Source: a virus
Taxonomy: Duplodnaviria > Caudoviricetes
Virus record (IMG/VR): IMGVR_UViG_3300017766_002142
Coordinates: 1-30,382 of that record
Direction: 5' to 3' (one strand)
Length of the DNA: 30,382 bases
The first letter of the stretch is position 1, and the number at the start of each line of letters is the position of its first letter. Below the pieces are notes generated by a model that saw nothing but the letters and a program-made list of their open reading frames with translations, was not told the DNA's origin and ran no database searches. Positions 18,801-27,977 of this stretch are shown here, piece after piece. The translations under genes were made by a program, and so were the position numbers.

Positions 18801-19255
18801 CAAACGCTAACACATCTTTCGCAAGTAATATATTTTACGGAAATTCTGCTTCCCAATTCTTAACAACAACAGCTGTTGGTGATATTGTTATAATAAATAC
18901 ATCAACTACAGCTGGAAACAGAAAATACAGCAGACTTGTGGATAAAGTTGTCAGTGATACAGTGTTGTGGTTAGAAGAACCAATCGGTGGATTGGGTGAC
19001 GGTAAAATTAAAACAACTGCAGCATGTAATGAAATTAAGGTATTTTCTAACTCTTCCGCAGTCACTGAGAGTTTAGCCGCTGGGGATAATATACGATTTA
19101 ACATCAGTAGCACCATATACGATAGACAAATAGCAAGTATAAGTGGGAATACGTTAACAGTAAACCTTACAGTTTCTGCAGCAGGTAATGTGCTGTATAG
19201 GAAAATTCCAAGTTACAACGTTGTAGGATTTGATATAATCAAAACGAATGGATAA
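15809..19255 (+). CDS. gp7: Baseplate wedge initiator gp7-like with inserted repeat modules
   Basis: QLPEFI...F...L..YYEYME, FY..KGS..SFKFLFR.LYGEE, L.ASDGKW, KLQ...YYHNYSYEI, HPAGM. Confidence 0.85.
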   Translation: MFANNYISTIVENQLPEFIRADHPAFVNLLKKYYEYMEQTNKTLNVGKNLYEYMDVDTTRDDLIKYFKTKIIPNFPEETELSTEKLLKAAKFFYSKKGSIDSFKFLFRTLYGEEIEIYLPKQDVLRASDGKWTLPKAIRLSFFDKSALIPGGNVNVFSVTANTVNANGINFVTKGITVNSYIRIGDTRRKVVYVNTAGDYLKLDLPYPNVVVDGVTSTQTFDSERIYKVELSEYSNFNVKLLEKRRGTGEISRTTCIIEKAILTVDRETGREFVELYISNIFKSFNPGENLVVDYVDENGVNKVFKSKIISLISNIKLFRNRFNVVQTGRKYFTGDPVVIYGGLNDSADAVKAVAVVNNVSLGSIESMTVAQPGYLFRDDPNSIVRVVSNTGIGANVQISAIWEDGANSETFEFNTDSIIYKNDIAFNNLEYDFDNVTSNINYTIGAGNSTTTVNLNTSTYTASSVNDYYKSFVLQIMAGTGAGASPNSATITAYNGTTKIATLGTALSVAPDATSNVRVYANAQTEIGRAMSFDSILLGKIRALDLEDGGSFFEEPPTFDAISVHDSDYSLDQGLLIIPKGQFSNYNREGNPPSIRLNSSNANYSLANGYYTGLRLFLDVGATAHYSTVVDYIVTDPGTSANVKTLYLDRIFENNIDATTILNKSLFFDFRPNVRGTGKLGTLLLKKGGTGYSTTDNVRFIGTGYGANAYLTVSSGVITGITLDNRGEGYVAVPSIIIDNGSAPSSGTGAEFELLLLSDGELLTAETNDIGRIQDFRVINRGFDYANTPFVSLKVADILTDNLAAGKVIIEGDSVWQGGATNSGATFQAIVDGAYRADSTNTVIRVFSYSGSLNVNQPIKVATQAGNLTLNISTQNANISFNNTNEIKNRKYPVFYGDGSAKANAEFSNGLINYDGFYLNTDGFISADKKLQNKNYYHNYSYEIESSKSLDDYKEIVNRIIHPAGMQLLSKYVTKDDIDVKNSIKSNAHTSNIAQTTNANTSFASNIFYGNSASQFLTTTAVGDIVIINTSTTAGNRKYSRLVDKVVSDTVLWLEEPIGGLGDGKIKTTAACNEIKVFSNSSAVTESLAAGDNIRFNISSTIYDRQIASISGNTLTVNLTVSAAGNVLYRKIPSYNVVGFDIIKTNG

Positions 19256-19258
19256 GCA

Positions 19259-20878
19259 ATGAAATCGATAATAACAAAAGATTTTGGAATAACAAATGCT
19301 GAAAATTTTGAGTCAATGGTTTCATTGCCATTGTCTAGAGTGTATGTTATGGTTGGGAGAACATCTCTTTGGCCAAACACAACAAACCCATCTACATTAG
19401 ACGATGCTGTAATACAAACACCATACGACACAACATCATATAAAAATCAAATTTTTAATGATGGTGTTATAATAAAAAGAATTACAAGCAGTGATATTCA
19501 ACCAGTTATTCCTAGAGTAGATTGGGCGAATAACGAAGTTTATGTTGCGTATGACCAAACTGCAAATCTATTTACAAAGGTTTTAGATACTGCTGTGACT
19601 GGTGGTACAGTAAATGTTGGCAGTGGGTTATTGAATACTATTAATGCTAATGGAATAAATTTTACCACTTCAACCCCATCTCTTTCTGTTGGATCAATAA
19701 TAAAAATTGGTGAAGAAAGAAAAGAAATCATTAATTTAAATTCTAGTGCTCTTGTGGTTAATACTGTTTTTGGGAGTGCGTATTCTACTGCTAATTTGTT
19801 TAAGACCACAACAACTACAACGCAATACTCAAATAAATTCTATGTTCGAAATACCCAAGATCAAATATTTAAATGTTTATTCAATAATGGCGGTATTGCC
19901 TCTAACACTATGCCCACAATATCAATTGGCGGCGAACTCCCAGAAAATCCATATGTTGAAACAGCCGATGGATATAAGTGGAAGTACATGTATACTATTC
20001 CAACTGGCTTAAAGAATAAATTTTTTACTGACAAATATATGCCAGTGTTGAGAGATTCTATTGTTTTTAGTAACTCTAAAGATGGTCGAATTGATATAGT
20101 TAAGATTATAGATGGTGGATCAGGTTATTATGGCGGCACAACAGTTAGCAATTATTCTATCGTAGAAGTAGAAGGTGATGGAACGTTAGCCGATATTACA
20201 GTTGATGTTGTTGATGGAGTTATAACCGACATCAACATAGTTAATGGTGGTAATAACTATACTGCAGCAACATTAACATTAAACGATCCAATAAAACAGC
20301 AAATAGGAAATACAGCAAATCTACAGGCTGTTATTGGACCACAATATGGTCATGGATTTGATGCAGCCAGAGAACTTGGCGCATCAAGTTTGATGGTATC
20401 AGTCGATTTTTCTGGAGACGTTGGTGGAGTTCTTCCAGTTGATGCAGATGCAGAAGATACTGTTCGTCAGTTTGCTTTAATTAAAGATATTAAATTAAAA
20501 ACTGAGGCGTTTGCCACAGCATCAGTGTATCCAATGTACACAAAAATATTTGTTTCCAATCCACCAGTGGAATTTGACAATAACGCTGAGGTTTATGTCG
20601 GAAATAGTTATGAAACAGCTGTCTTTAAGGCTACTGTGGTTCACTTCGATAGTGCCTCAAACGTTTTATATTTAAATAATCTTATCGGTGATTTAGATTT
20701 GGTCGAGAACGAGGCAGTTCGTCAAAACGGTTCCCCTTCTTCTTTTGCTAAAGCATTTACCGTTGTCCGTCCAGATATAAATATATTCTCAGGCGAAATA
20801 CTTTATATAGAAAATAGAAATAAGATTATTCGCAACCCATCTCAGACAGAAACATTAAAACTTGTTGTTGAATTTTAA
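19259..20878 (+). CDS. gp8: Baseplate wedge subunit gp8
   Basis: KRI..SD...VIPRVDW, FYV.N....FKCL.N, DGYKWKYMYTIP, GHG.D...ELGA, SGEILYIENR..I.R...QTE..KLV.EF. Confidence 0.92.
   Translation: MKSIITKDFGITNAENFESMVSLPLSRVYVMVGRTSLWPNTTNPSTLDDAVIQTPYDTTSYKNQIFNDGVIIKRITSSDIQPVIPRVDWANNEVYVAYDQTANLFTKVLDTAVTGGTVNVGSGLLNTINANGINFTTSTPSLSVGSIIKIGEERKEIINLNSSALVVNTVFGSAYSTANLFKTTTTTTQYSNKFYVRNTQDQIFKCLFNNGGIASNTMPTISIGGELPENPYVETADGYKWKYMYTIPTGLKNKFFTDKYMPVLRDSIVFSNSKDGRIDIVKIIDGGSGYYGGTTVSNYSIVEVEGDGTLADITVDVVDGVITDINIVNGGNNYTAATLTLNDPIKQQIGNTANLQAVIGPQYGHGFDAARELGASSLMVSVDFSGDVGGVLPVDADAEDTVRQFALIKDIKLKTEAFATASVYPMYTKIFVSNPPVEFDNNAEVYVGNSYETAVFKATVVHFDSASNVLYLNNLIGDLDLVENEAVRQNGSPSSFAKAFTVVRPDINIFSGEILYIENRNKIIRNPSQTETLKLVVEF
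20776..20783 (+). promoter_or_regulatory. Candidate late promoter TATAAATA upstream of the VrlC-like gene
   Basis: Exact consensus inside the 3' end of gp8, about 105 nt before ATG 20889. Confidence 0.5.
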
Positions 20879-20888
20879 GGTGTAACTA

Positions 20889-23800
20889 ATGGCAGATTTT
20901 AACGCAGAACCATATTGGGACGATTTCGAGGCGACTAATGGCGCACTAGAAAACAATTATATGCGCATTCTTTTTCGCCCTGGATACGCTGTACAGGCTC
21001 GCGAATTAACTCAAATTCAGTCTATTCTACAAAACCAAATTAAACAATTCGGTGACCATATATTCCAAGATGGTTCTCCAGTCATTGGAGGGCACCTTAC
21101 CCTCGATACATCAATTAACTATGTTAAACTGGAAAAACAAACTGTTAATAATCTAGATATTGATTTGGAAGAGTTTTTGGGATTGACCGTTTTCAATAGC
21201 GGTGCTCCAAAAACACGCGCTAAAGTAATCCAAACATATTTTACAACTAATGATCGCGCTCTATTAATTAAGTATCTTCGCGGCTCCTCTTTTACAGCAG
21301 GACAAACTATTTCTACATCTGGTGGTGCAACTGCTAATGTGGTCGCCACTAGCCCAACAGGGATAGGTTCGGTTGTTTCTATCAATAGTGGCGTATTTTA
21401 TGTTGATGGATTTTTCGTTACTGTGGCTCCGCAAACTATAGTCTTGGAGCCATACAGTTCTACACCAACATATAGAATTGGTCTACAAATTGATGAAGAA
21501 ATTGTCACTGAATCAGTTGATAATGCTCTACTAGATCCAGCCCAAGAAGCATTTAATTATCAGGCTCCTGGTGCACATCGTTATCAATTTAATCTAGTTT
21601 TGACTAAGAGAAGCATAAATTCTATTGACGATAGCCGTTTCTTTGAATTGCTCAGAGTTGAAAACGGCGTCATTACAAAACAAGTTAGTTACCCAATATA
21701 CTCTGAATTAGAAAAAACTCTTGCGCGTAGAACATATGATGAATCTGGAAATTACGCAGTAAAGCCATTCAGAGTTAATATTAGCGCAAACACTCCTGCG
21801 ACCAGCACGGCTGCTAATAACTCATTTATAGTTAATGTTGAACCAGGAAAAGCATATGTAAAGGGGTTTGAGTTTGAGACTATAGGAACAAGTAAAATTT
21901 CAGCCCAACGCGCCAGAAATACAAAAACATTTAAAGATTATGATTTATCTGTGTATTTCGGAAATAGAGTACAACTAGCAAACGTTTTTGGAAGCGCAAC
22001 TAATGGAATTACATTCTCCGACAATTTAGATGTAATCGATATTCACTGCGTGGCTAACTCTAATGTTGCTCTGAGTGGTGAAACTTCTGCATATTATGCA
22101 ACTAGAATAGGAACTGCTAAACTTAAAAATTTCGACAGAACTTCTTCTCAAAATATATTTTACACATATTTTACAGATGTAAACTTTACACCAATTATAG
22201 GTCTTGCTGGATCTAATTCGCCAAATACATCGTCAATTAATTTAGGCGCACACTTCTCAGCAAATACAGGAGCATATGTTGGTGGCGCTGTTACCATGAT
22301 TGACACTAACGCAAGTAAATCTGGAAAAATACTTCATTATGATGGAACAACCAAAATAGCAAGTTTAGATGCTGCGTTTACGACTGCAGTATCTCAAAAC
22401 GATAAATTTTCATTGTCGATGCCAATAGGTTCTGCAGAATCTATTATGATTGCAAATACAACTTCCTTCTCAACAGCAAATCTACAAGCAAATATTTCTG
22501 TAAATAGTAAAGATATTCTCGGAAATACAATAATCGAAGATTCTTTACACAATAAAATGTTGTTTGAACTTCCAAATTACTATATTAAGAGAGCTAGTGA
22601 TCTTAATGTTGATGTTTATAGAAGATATATTCTTAAAAATCAAGGATTTACTTCTAATGGCGCTTGCACTATTTCTTCACCATCTAGCACAGATACCTTT
22701 GATTTCGGAACTAATGGTCAATTAGTCTCAAACGCAGACGTAAATGAAAATATCATTGTGATTCCAACATCAGGATCAGCTAACATTGGTCAAATAGTGG
22801 ATTTAACAGTCAGCCCTAGAAGCGTTAAAAGAACTGACTCACAAACTCTAACTATTAACACTGAAAATTTTGCTGGTGCTGCATTTACTGGCGATGTATA
22901 TGTAACGACTAAAATCGTTAACGCAAACGGAACTACTAGAAGAGTTAAAACAATAGTAGAATCTAATTCGGCTCTTACTTCTGGAGATACGCTTTCTTCT
23001 GCAACTGATATTATTGGATATGCAGGAGTAAAATTAAATGCTTCTAATGGTATTGCATGGTTTATATCAGCAAATGTCGTCGCTAAAACTGCTGATCAAA
23101 AACAATCATTATTTGTTTCTGATGTTGTAAAAATTAAAAAGATCTATGATTCTGCAAATTTAGAACATGCACCTAACACAACAAACATGATCGATATTAC
23201 TGATCGCTATACATTTGATAGTGGTCAAACTGATAATTACTACGACCATGCTTCTATAACTCTAAAGCCAGGATCGCAGCCACCTGCAGGTCAAACAGCT
23301 GTGTTATTCGATTACTTTACCCACACAGGCACTGGTTATATTTCTGCAGCCTCATATACAGAAACTCTCTATAACGCAGAACAAATTCCAATTTATAAAA
23401 GTTTCGGTGGTAAAGTATACAATTTGCGTGATTGTATAGATTTAAGACCTATTAGAGTTTCTGGTTTATCAGTTAATCCATACGTTCTTACTGCGGTTGA
23501 CGCAACAGTAAATGTCGCTTCAGGCAATTATCTTGTAAGAGCAAACACATCAAAGTCTTCTTTCATCTTAACTCCACCAATAACAACTGGAACTATAATT
23601 AAAATTGGTAATGAGTTTAAGACTGTAAATTCTGTGGTGAATCTAACTTCCATAACAGTATCAACATCATTCAGTGCTACTGGAACAGATTCTGCAGTTT
23701 ATGTTGTTGAGCCTAATTATGATTTTACTGGGTCAATTATACCTAGACCAACAGATCCTTTTGAATTAGATTATGAATTTTATCTACCTAGAATTGATAA

Positions 23801-24836
23801 ACTCATTATCACTAAAGATAAACAGTTTAAAATATTAACTGGTGTTCCTTCCCTTAATCCAATAGAACCTTTAGAAAATGAAGATGCTATGCCGATCTAC
23901 ACCATGTATATCCCAGCATACACTGCTACACTGCAGTCTATAGATTTACGATTTATTGACAATCGTAGATATACAATGAAGGATATATCAGAGTTAGATA
24001 AGAGAATAACATTTGTTGAGAACTATATTAAATTAAGTGAGTCAGAGAAAAAGATTATTGAAGATCCACCAAAATCACCAACATCTCCAACTGTAAATAA
24101 GCCAATCTATGGCACAGTTGTAGATGACTTTAATGATCTTTCTGTTGTCGATACTTCAAATGATTTTGCATGTTCTATTGAAAATGGGTATCTATCTTGC
24201 TATAAAAATATCAAGAATTTCTCATTAGCGCCAGCTAGCAACTTTAATATGTCAATAATGGAACGCGATAAATTTATCTCGTTGTCCTTTACAGAAAAAG
24301 TTGTTGCTGAACAAAAATTGTTTAGCCCAGCAAGTAATGAGCCTGTGCAATCTGCTATGATTGCTAAATTTGAAGGATTCGCAACATTGACGCCAGAAAG
24401 CGATTACTTCTACTCACTAGAACATCAGCCATTCGTAACTGATACTTTTGGTCGTTACTATGAAATAAGACAACAAACACCAACCCAAAATCCAGCAATA
24501 ACAAATACGTTAGTTAATGAGATAAAGGGTGGTGGATATTCTGATTCATATTACAATAGTGCTGTGTTAGTTGGTTCTAACTTGCCAACACAAATTAGCC
24601 CATCAATATCAGCTCCGCACTTTTTGAGTAATGGTTCGTCAGCTGATGCGCCTGTAACTCAACCAATTTCGATTAATTTCGCAGGTGTTGCTCCAGAAAC
24701 ATACTTAAATAGCACTTGGACTGGCACGCCAGCAGTTGGAGTATCACGTGACGTTGTGCCATTTAGCCAGTCTTGGTTAGATGATAACTCAATTAAATTG
24801 GGCGGCAGCATAGAAGATCGCGGTCGGTTTGGTTAA
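20889..24836 (+). CDS. VrlC/DUF4815-like large virion structural protein, N-terminal part
   Basis: PYWDDF, RILFRPGYAVQARELTQIQSILQNQI, APGAHR, LARRTYDESGNY, PGKAYVKGFE, FDSGQ.DNYYD, LRDCIDLRP, YLPRIDK, NRRYTMKDI. Confidence 0.88.
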   Translation: MADFNAEPYWDDFEATNGALENNYMRILFRPGYAVQARELTQIQSILQNQIKQFGDHIFQDGSPVIGGHLTLDTSINYVKLEKQTVNNLDIDLEEFLGLTVFNSGAPKTRAKVIQTYFTTNDRALLIKYLRGSSFTAGQTISTSGGATANVVATSPTGIGSVVSINSGVFYVDGFFVTVAPQTIVLEPYSSTPTYRIGLQIDEEIVTESVDNALLDPAQEAFNYQAPGAHRYQFNLVLTKRSINSIDDSRFFELLRVENGVITKQVSYPIYSELEKTLARRTYDESGNYAVKPFRVNISANTPATSTAANNSFIVNVEPGKAYVKGFEFETIGTSKISAQRARNTKTFKDYDLSVYFGNRVQLANVFGSATNGITFSDNLDVIDIHCVANSNVALSGETSAYYATRIGTAKLKNFDRTSSQNIFYTYFTDVNFTPIIGLAGSNSPNTSSINLGAHFSANTGAYVGGAVTMIDTNASKSGKILHYDGTTKIASLDAAFTTAVSQNDKFSLSMPIGSAESIMIANTTSFSTANLQANISVNSKDILGNTIIEDSLHNKMLFELPNYYIKRASDLNVDVYRRYILKNQGFTSNGACTISSPSSTDTFDFGTNGQLVSNADVNENIIVIPTSGSANIGQIVDLTVSPRSVKRTDSQTLTINTENFAGAAFTGDVYVTTKIVNANGTTRRVKTIVESNSALTSGDTLSSATDIIGYAGVKLNASNGIAWFISANVVAKTADQKQSLFVSDVVKIKKIYDSANLEHAPNTTNMIDITDRYTFDSGQTDNYYDHASITLKPGSQPPAGQTAVLFDYFTHTGTGYISAASYTETLYNAEQIPIYKSFGGKVYNLRDCIDLRPIRVSGLSVNPYVLTAVDATVNVASGNYLVRANTSKSSFILTPPITTGTIIKIGNEFKTVNSVVNLTSITVSTSFSATGTDSAVYVVEPNYDFTGSIIPRPTDPFELDYEFYLPRIDKLIITKDKQFKILTGVPSLNPIEPLENEDAMPIYTMYIPAYTATLQSIDLRFIDNRRYTMKDISELDKRITFVENYIKLSESEKKIIEDPPKSPTSPTVNKPIYGTVVDDFNDLSVVDTSNDFACSIENGYLSCYKNIKNFSLAPASNFNMSIMERDKFISLSFTEKVVAEQKLFSPASNEPVQSAMIAKFEGFATLTPESDYFYSLEHQPFVTDTFGRYYEIRQQTPTQNPAITNTLVNEIKGGGYSDSYYNSAVLVGSNLPTQISPSISAPHFLSNGSSADAPVTQPISINFAGVAPETYLNSTWTGTPAVGVSRDVVPFSQSWLDDNSIKLGGSIEDRGRFG

Positions 24837-24862
24837 TTTTTAATATATAAAGGAAAACATTA

Positions 24863-27766
24863 ATGCCAGGTCCAAAATCACCATTTTACGACAAGAACTA
24901 CAGTAACCGTTATATTTCTCCACAAGAAAAATATGACAACGTTCGTTTACTAGAGACATATGGAAACGAAACTGTAACTTCGCTTGGTCTTACTCCATTT
25001 GTTCGCGAAAACGACATTAATTTCGCAGTAAAAAATCTAAAGCCTGATAATGTTTCAAATATTTTCTTTGACGACATTAAGGTAAATAATTTTTGTCAAA
25101 GAGCATCTGCCGTAAACTTGGCATCGTCTTTAGTTCTTTCAAATTTAAAAGTTAACCAAGGATTGTATGGATCAACTTCTAGAGCATATGCTGAAGTTCT
25201 AGGAACTTCAGTTACCGCAAATCAAAATTTAATTTATGTAAATGATAATTTTATAACTCTAAAAATAACTAAAGGGTCTGGTGCTGTAAATTTAAGTGAC
25301 AACGATTACTCTGTTGGAGATTTAGTTTATCAAACCCCTGATAATTCTCCATTTGTAGTTTCTGTATTAGAGTGGGACATTTCAGTTACACAACCAGAAT
25401 TTACATTTCTAGGAAAAGTAAAACGTTGGCAACGAGTTGATGTATCAACAGGATACTTGGTTGTTGATCCAATTCAAGGAACTGTTAATACAACTATAAC
25501 ATCAGCTACATCAGATTATGTTTGGAATTTGACTAAGGGTTTTATAGACGTAAAACAATCAAGTTTAATTGTCGGAAATAATAGATTCCAAACAGGTGAA
25601 ACAGTAAATTACTCAGTTAATGGTATAGATGCTACAACAACAGTCGGTGCTGCTAATGCTTATGTTGCTTTGTCGTCATCAGTAATTCAGGCTAATACAA
25701 TAAACCTGCGTTCAATAGTTCTTTCAACTAATAATATAACTAGAGATGGAATTTCTACTCTTGTTGGAAATAGTATTTCTATAGTATCAGGCACTAATGC
25801 TGGATTTAAAGCGAACATAGTCGCATTTGTCGCCAATACTACAATGGGTTGGAACGAGGCTATCATTGACGCTGACCTTCCATCTGTATGTACATCTAAC
25901 AGTGTTTATTCCTTGAACGAACACATAGTAAATGATGTTGGTTCTTTATTTGGAATATTCCATGTACCATCTGACAATAAACTTCGCTGGTTAACTGGTG
26001 AGCGCGTGTTCACAGTAACTGATACTGCAACATTCAACGATAATAGTTATAAGATGCGCGCAATCGCAAAGTATAGCGCAATTGGTAAGATTAATTCGTC
26101 AGAAAATGCAAGAAACCCAGTACTACGCGAACAAACACCTAACACATTACAGGCTGCGCCTAAAGTTACACAAGAATCTCAAAAAATTAATGATAGAAAG
26201 TACATGGCTCAAACTTTCTATACTCCGAAGGGCAACGAAGTTATTAATGGTGAAGTTAAAAATGCATATGGTATTTTTGTAAGTTCAATTGAATTGTTCT
26301 TTAAGAAAAAACCTACGGAAAGCGAAGAACTGTTACCATTTACAGTTGCGCTATCCAAAGTTGATAGTGGATTACCTGGCAATGATATTATTGCTGAAGC
26401 CACATTAGAACCATATTATATTAAAACTTCTGATAACCCAACCACAGGTAATTCATCAACGATTACAAAATTTTCTTTTGTTGATCCAGTATATTTGAAT
26501 CCATCAACCGAATATGCTATTAAATTAATTACTGAATCACTAGACTATGAAGTTTGGACTGCAACTATGGGTAGTGATTATACCGACGAAGCTGGTAATG
26601 TTCGTCGCATATCAGAACAACCATATGTTGGCAATTTCTTTAAGTCGCAAAACGCATCAAATTGGAATCCAATCTTAAATCAAGATTTGATGTTTAGAGT
26701 TAACAGAGCTTCCTTTGAAAGTTCTAACGTAGCATATTTTAACTTAGTTGCTTCGAATGATCTGAAGAGCAATACCATTGCAGATATTGTTAAGTTGTCG
26801 TCAACAGAACAAAACTTTGGTCCAACAAAAATCGCTTATGAATTAAAGTCTTATTTGACTGATGGAACTCTAGCAGATTTCATTTCGATAAACAACAATG
26901 AATTGTATAGTTTTGGAAAGGATACTGATATTTCTAGCAATACAAGTAAGAGACGCAGATTAATTCCAGCAGCAAACTCTGCAGCCATCAATGTTAAAGT
27001 TACGATGACCACTACTGACGAATCTGTAAGTCCTATTTTAAATGCAGAAAGATTTAGTTTTTTCGCGCTACAAAATATTATTAATAACGCTGGTATTGCG
27101 AATAACCTTGTTAGTATTACCGAAGGCGGAACCTTTGCTTCTGCAGCTGCAATTAATGTTGCGTTCAGCGCACCAGATGTTGGATCTGATAGAGCAACAG
27201 CAAACGTGTTACCAAGTATGTTGGTTGGTGGAAAAGTTAAAGCGATTAATGTAATCAATCCAGGTTCTGGATATTTCACTACTCCAACAATTACGATTAC
27301 TGAAAATAATAATGCCTCAAATGCTGTTGCTGTTGTAAACGGCGAAACAGATGCATCTGGTGGTAATATTCTTGCGAAATATCAAACTAAGATTATTACT
27401 CTAGAAGAAGGTTTTGAGGCTGGTGATCTTGTTGTTAAGATGGAGGCAATTAAACCATCTGGAACAAACATAGCAGTATATCTGAAAGTGTTGTCTTCAC
27501 TCGATTCAGATCCAATTAGTAGTAAAAAGTGGCAAAAAATGACTGTTGTCAAAGACAACATATCACCAAATCAAGAAAAGAAAATTCCATTGGAATTTAG
27601 ACATTCTTTAACAAAGGGTTCAATCGAATATTTTGATGGTGTTCGAACAATGCCTCTTGGTGGAACATTTAAATATTTTGCAGTTAAAATTCGAATGACT
27701 TCAGCAGATCCAACTGTAGTTCCAAGAATAGAATCGTTTAAAGTCGTAGCAGTTCCTGGTGGTTAA
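24863..27766 (+). CDS. VrlC/DUF4815-like virion structural protein, C-terminal part as a separate gene
   Basis: PFVR...I.F....LKP, TGERVF..TD, AQTF, GIFVSSIELFF..K, F.F.DPVYL, QPY.G.FFKSQNAS.W, QDL.F.V.RA.F, FKYFAVKI.M; AAGGA RBS. Confidence 0.85.
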   Translation: MPGPKSPFYDKNYSNRYISPQEKYDNVRLLETYGNETVTSLGLTPFVRENDINFAVKNLKPDNVSNIFFDDIKVNNFCQRASAVNLASSLVLSNLKVNQGLYGSTSRAYAEVLGTSVTANQNLIYVNDNFITLKITKGSGAVNLSDNDYSVGDLVYQTPDNSPFVVSVLEWDISVTQPEFTFLGKVKRWQRVDVSTGYLVVDPIQGTVNTTITSATSDYVWNLTKGFIDVKQSSLIVGNNRFQTGETVNYSVNGIDATTTVGAANAYVALSSSVIQANTINLRSIVLSTNNITRDGISTLVGNSISIVSGTNAGFKANIVAFVANTTMGWNEAIIDADLPSVCTSNSVYSLNEHIVNDVGSLFGIFHVPSDNKLRWLTGERVFTVTDTATFNDNSYKMRAIAKYSAIGKINSSENARNPVLREQTPNTLQAAPKVTQESQKINDRKYMAQTFYTPKGNEVINGEVKNAYGIFVSSIELFFKKKPTESEELLPFTVALSKVDSGLPGNDIIAEATLEPYYIKTSDNPTTGNSSTITKFSFVDPVYLNPSTEYAIKLITESLDYEVWTATMGSDYTDEAGNVRRISEQPYVGNFFKSQNASNWNPILNQDLMFRVNRASFESSNVAYFNLVASNDLKSNTIADIVKLSSTEQNFGPTKIAYELKSYLTDGTLADFISINNNELYSFGKDTDISSNTSKRRRLIPAANSAAINVKVTMTTTDESVSPILNAERFSFFALQNIINNAGIANNLVSITEGGTFASAAAINVAFSAPDVGSDRATANVLPSMLVGGKVKAINVINPGSGYFTTPTITITENNNASNAVAVVNGETDASGGNILAKYQTKIITLEEGFEAGDLVVKMEAIKPSGTNIAVYLKVLSSLDSDPISSKKWQKMTVVKDNISPNQEKKIPLEFRHSLTKGSIEYFDGVRTMPLGGTFKYFAVKIRMTSADPTVVPRIESFKVVAVPGG

Positions 27767-27769
27767 TTT

Positions 27770-27976
27770 ATGAAATATAAAATTGAAGGCACTAAATTTT
27801 CTCGTGACGTTGAAACTATGGCTATTTTATGCAATGACAGAAGCGAAGTTGTTAGGTATGAAAACGAATTAAAAAAACATCAAGAAAATTTGATCAGAGA
27901 CGCAGAGATAAATAAGTTAAAATCAGAAATCTCAGAAATAAAATCAATGCTACAAACTTTGATTGGTAGAGGATAA
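27770..27976 (+). CDS. Small conserved hypothetical coiled-coil protein
   Basis: 68 aa with RD..T.AI..ND and EINKLKSEISEIKSML. Resembles the small ORF that follows VrlC in T4-like phages. Confidence 0.8.
   Translation: MKYKIEGTKFSRDVETMAILCNDRSEVVRYENELKKHQENLIRDAEINKLKSEISEIKSMLQTLIGRG
27908..27914 (+). promoter_or_regulatory. Possible late promoter ATAAATA upstream of the fibre gene
   Basis: Late core motif 63 nt before ATG 27978, inside the small ORF. Confidence 0.4.
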
Positions 27977-27977
27977 A

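Noticed and set aside
10885-18899. Other internal (A/C)TAAATA motifs (e.g. 10885, 13684, ~18892)
   Set aside because: Expected by chance in AT-rich coding DNA; position alone is not enough support.
24840-24862. Late promoter in the gap between the VrlC halves
   Set aside because: TATAAAGG deviates from TATAAATA and is better explained as an AT-rich leader plus SD.
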